64,000 bases of DNA from an uncultured Nitrospinaceae bacterium (lineage in GTDB: Bacteria > UBA8248): the NCBI GenBank assembly GCA_964005815.1, contig CAXFSR010000036.1:57194-121193 (forward strand), read 5' to 3'. Position 1 is the stretch's first letter. Each line of letters begins with the position of its first letter. The notes under the pieces are model-generated. The model had not been told where the DNA came from, did not search any database, and was given only the letters and a program-made list of their open reading frames with translations. Positions 61,739 to 64,000 of this stretch are shown here, piece by piece. Position numbers and translations under genes: made by a program.

Positions 61739-62506
61739 ATGACTATACACAATAATCCCCTTCCTCGAGAAATCGTCGATGGAATTTTTTGGCTTGGAAT
61801 TTGTCATGAACAGTTTCATAATGGGAAAATCTATCATACTTATAATGCTTCTTTCGTAATTGTTGGTACTGAAGGTTCAATGCTTGTTGAGACCGGTCAT
61901 CAGGGTGATTATCCTACCATTCGAAAACAATTAAAAAACATCTTAGAAGAACAAAATTCCAGTCTTAAATATCTATTTCTAACTCATCAAGAAGTTCCAC
62001 ATTCTGGCGGAATAGGACGAATTCTAGATGACTTCCCTGAAGTTACTGTACACTGTGATGTAAGTGACTATCATCTTTGTTTCCCAGAACACGCTCACAG
62101 ATTAAAAGATTTGGAAGTTGGAGAATCTGTAGACTTAGGAAACAGAAAGTTTTTTGCTGCAGAACCTGTAATTAGAGATTTGAGAACGTCTCTTTGGGGA
62201 TTCGATACTCTTACTAAAACTCTTTTCCCTGGTGATGGTTTTGCCTATAGCCATTATCATGAAGATAGTCATTGCGGAAAAACTGCAGAAGAAGCAGAAT
62301 CACTTGATTTAGGAGAGGTTTCTGCTGTGTTCGCAGAACGCGCATTATTTTGGACAAAATTGGCAGACATGAACATATACGTAGATAGATTGGAAGAACT
62401 ACTTAAAGAATTAGATGTGTCTAATGTAGCTCCATCACATGGACTACCTATTCTTGATCTTGAAACAACGATGCCTAAAATAAGGAATGGACTTGTTTCT
62501 TATTAG
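61739..62506 (+). CDS. MBL-fold protein (flavodiiron N-domain / ODP-like, no flavodoxin domain)
   Basis: VETG, THQEVPH, LFPGDGF, APSHG. Confidence 0.8.
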   Translation: MTIHNNPLPREIVDGIFWLGICHEQFHNGKIYHTYNASFVIVGTEGSMLVETGHQGDYPTIRKQLKNILEEQNSSLKYLFLTHQEVPHSGGIGRILDDFPEVTVHCDVSDYHLCFPEHAHRLKDLEVGESVDLGNRKFFAAEPVIRDLRTSLWGFDTLTKTLFPGDGFAYSHYHEDSHCGKTAEEAESLDLGEVSAVFAERALFWTKLADMNIYVDRLEELLKELDVSNVAPSHGLPILDLETTMPKIRNGLVSY

Positions 62507-62513
62507 TCAAGGA

Positions 62514-63623
62514 TTACTGAAATTTTGAATAAATCCTCTTAAATACTTTTGAGAAAATCTTTCTTTCACTTTCAGTTCCTACTGTTATCCTAATACACCG
62601 AGATAGATATGGCACAGTTGACATTCTGACAAATACTCCTTGCTCTTGCAGTTTATTTAAAATTTCCTTAGCCCGCTCTTCTGTTCCTAGATCAAAAGAA
62701 ACAAAATTTGTCCCTGAAGATATATAATTTAAATTTAGTTCTTTTGCTAATATATAGTATTCTTGTTTCCCTTGATTTACTTTTTGGACAACATTTTTAA
62801 CATGTTTAGGATCCTTTAGGGATTCTAAAGCACCAATTTGGGCAATTCGGCTTACTGCAAAGTGTAAACGTATTTTGTTTAAAGCACTTATAATCTTCTT
62901 GTTTGCAATTGCATATCCTATTCTCAAACCTGCCATTCCATGCGCTTTTGAAAAAGTACGCATTCTAATAACTCTTTCATTCTTTGTATTGATTGGAGGA
63001 ACAGAACCTTGAGGAGAGAATTCATAATATGCTTCATCAAGAATCAATAATTTTCCCAAAGGAATTGAATCTATAAAACCTTGCACATCTACTGAGTTAT
63101 GCCAGGTGCCCATAGGATTATCTGGATTTGAGAAAAAAATGAGTGAGGCATCATTTTCTAGAGCACTTTCCAAAAGCCCTTCTAGATTTTCACGGTCTTC
63201 CACATAAGGAACAAAAGATAATCTCCCTGAAAATCCAACGACATGATAATTGAATGTAGGATACCCACCTAAAGAAGTAACTACAGAAGTTCCTTTAGAA
63301 ACAATCACTCGTACAACTAGTCCCAACAAATCATCAATTCCACCGGCGACACAAATTTCGTCAGGAGTTATATTGTGGATTTCTGCAAGACAACATCGAA
63401 GTTCATAATTTTCTGGATCTCCATACCATGAAGCCTCTTGAATTCCCTTTTGAATAGCCTCAAATGCTTTTGAAGACATCCCAAAATTACTTTCATTGGC
63501 ACCCAAACGAAGTTTGAAGTTCTTACCCAGTCTTCTCTCTAGTGATTCAGGACCAACAAAAGGTGCCGTAGAAGGTAAGCTTTTTATGATTTCAGTAAAA
63601 GGAATGCCCTTATTTAAAACCAA
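62514..63623 (-). CDS. PLP-dependent class I/II aminotransferase (HisC-like)
   Basis: LGANE, NPDNPMG, DEAY, RTFSKAHGMAGLRIGY. Confidence 0.9.
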   Translation of the reverse strand: MVLNKGIPFTEIIKSLPSTAPFVGPESLERRLGKNFKLRLGANESNFGMSSKAFEAIQKGIQEASWYGDPENYELRCCLAEIHNITPDEICVAGGIDDLLGLVVRVIVSKGTSVVTSLGGYPTFNYHVVGFSGRLSFVPYVEDRENLEGLLESALENDASLIFFSNPDNPMGTWHNSVDVQGFIDSIPLGKLLILDEAYYEFSPQGSVPPINTKNERVIRMRTFSKAHGMAGLRIGYAIANKKIISALNKIRLHFAVSRIAQIGALESLKDPKHVKNVVQKVNQGKQEYYILAKELNLNYISSGTNFVSFDLGTEERAKEILNKLQEQGVFVRMSTVPYLSRCIRITVGTESERKIFSKVFKRIYSKFQ

Positions 63624-63707
63624 GATTACCTCGAACAGTTTTTTTTGGAAAAAAACTATAAAAAGAAAACAATCAAAAAAAGCTTTCCTATTAGAAGTAT
63701 TACTATT

Positions 63708-64000
63708 TCACTCTACAAAAACAACAGATTCAGCATCTATTTCCAAAGTTACTTCACTATCTAGTTGAAATGAATTTACTGGGTCAACAATCACTCTCAA
63801 GAGATCATCCATACCTTCTACTTCCACAAGATAGTCAACTGTACTCCCAAAGTAAAAGCTCCTTTTAACACGCCCAGTAAGCATATTTTCTGAGTTTTTA
63901 TCTGTCTTTACTGATGAAATTCCAATTCTATGAGGTCTAATCGAAACAAATCCCTGATTTCCTGGAACAGCGATCTGATTTTCTTTCATTTTCAATTTCA
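63708..64000 (-). CDS. ABC transporter ATP-binding protein, C-terminal TOBE part (partial)
   Basis: SIRPH...G.V....YFGS.VDYLV; begins beyond the window end. Confidence 0.75.
   Translation of the reverse strand, partial: KLKMKENQIAVPGNQGFVSIRPHRIGISSVKTDKNSENMLTGRVKRSFYFGSTVDYLVEVEGMDDLLRVIVDPVNSFQLDSEVTLEIDAESVVFVE

Noticed and set aside
1..64000. Genome-wide TGA reassignment (code 4/25) as the explanation for in-frame TGAs
   Set aside because: TGA is a genuine stop for ileS, mrpC, mrpE and others (ATGA overlaps), Trp uses TGG, and the internal TGAs I found fall only at redox-Cys positions.

Overview
AT-rich bacterial chromosomal window, densely coding, standard genetic code (TGA ends many genes; Trp is TGG). 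I see no rRNA, tRNA, CRISPR array, transposase or integrase. Housekeeping genes: thiolase (partial), rluD, lspA, ileS, trpS, site-2 protease, msrB, nadA-nadC, a complete mrpABCDEFG antiporter operon, a two-subunit pyruvate:ferredoxin oxidoreductase-type enzyme and a 7Fe ferredoxin. These are mixed with many catabolic/redox enzymes (Gfo/Idh/MocA, SDR, M20, M24, BVMO, FAH, amidase, TPP enzyme, MBL folds). The main signal missed by the ORF track is three unlinked redox genes, each interrupted by one in-frame TGA exactly at a catalytic Cys position and followed about 20-24 nt later by a hairpin with a GU-containing loop, so probably selenoproteins. They are (1) a UxxC glutaredoxin fused to a DinB/YfiT His-triad domain (15702-16454, +), divergent from the PFOR operon; (2) a CxxU AhpD/CMD protein (45974-46555, -); and (3) an OsmC-like protein (51941-52510, -) inside a BVMO/hydrolase gene string. 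Also notable: non-canonical starts (CTG for a MATE gene, no canonical in-frame start for the full nadC, frequent TTG), and two tandem paralog pairs that may be heterodimeric enzymes. All product calls come from motif recognition by eye; no database search was run.
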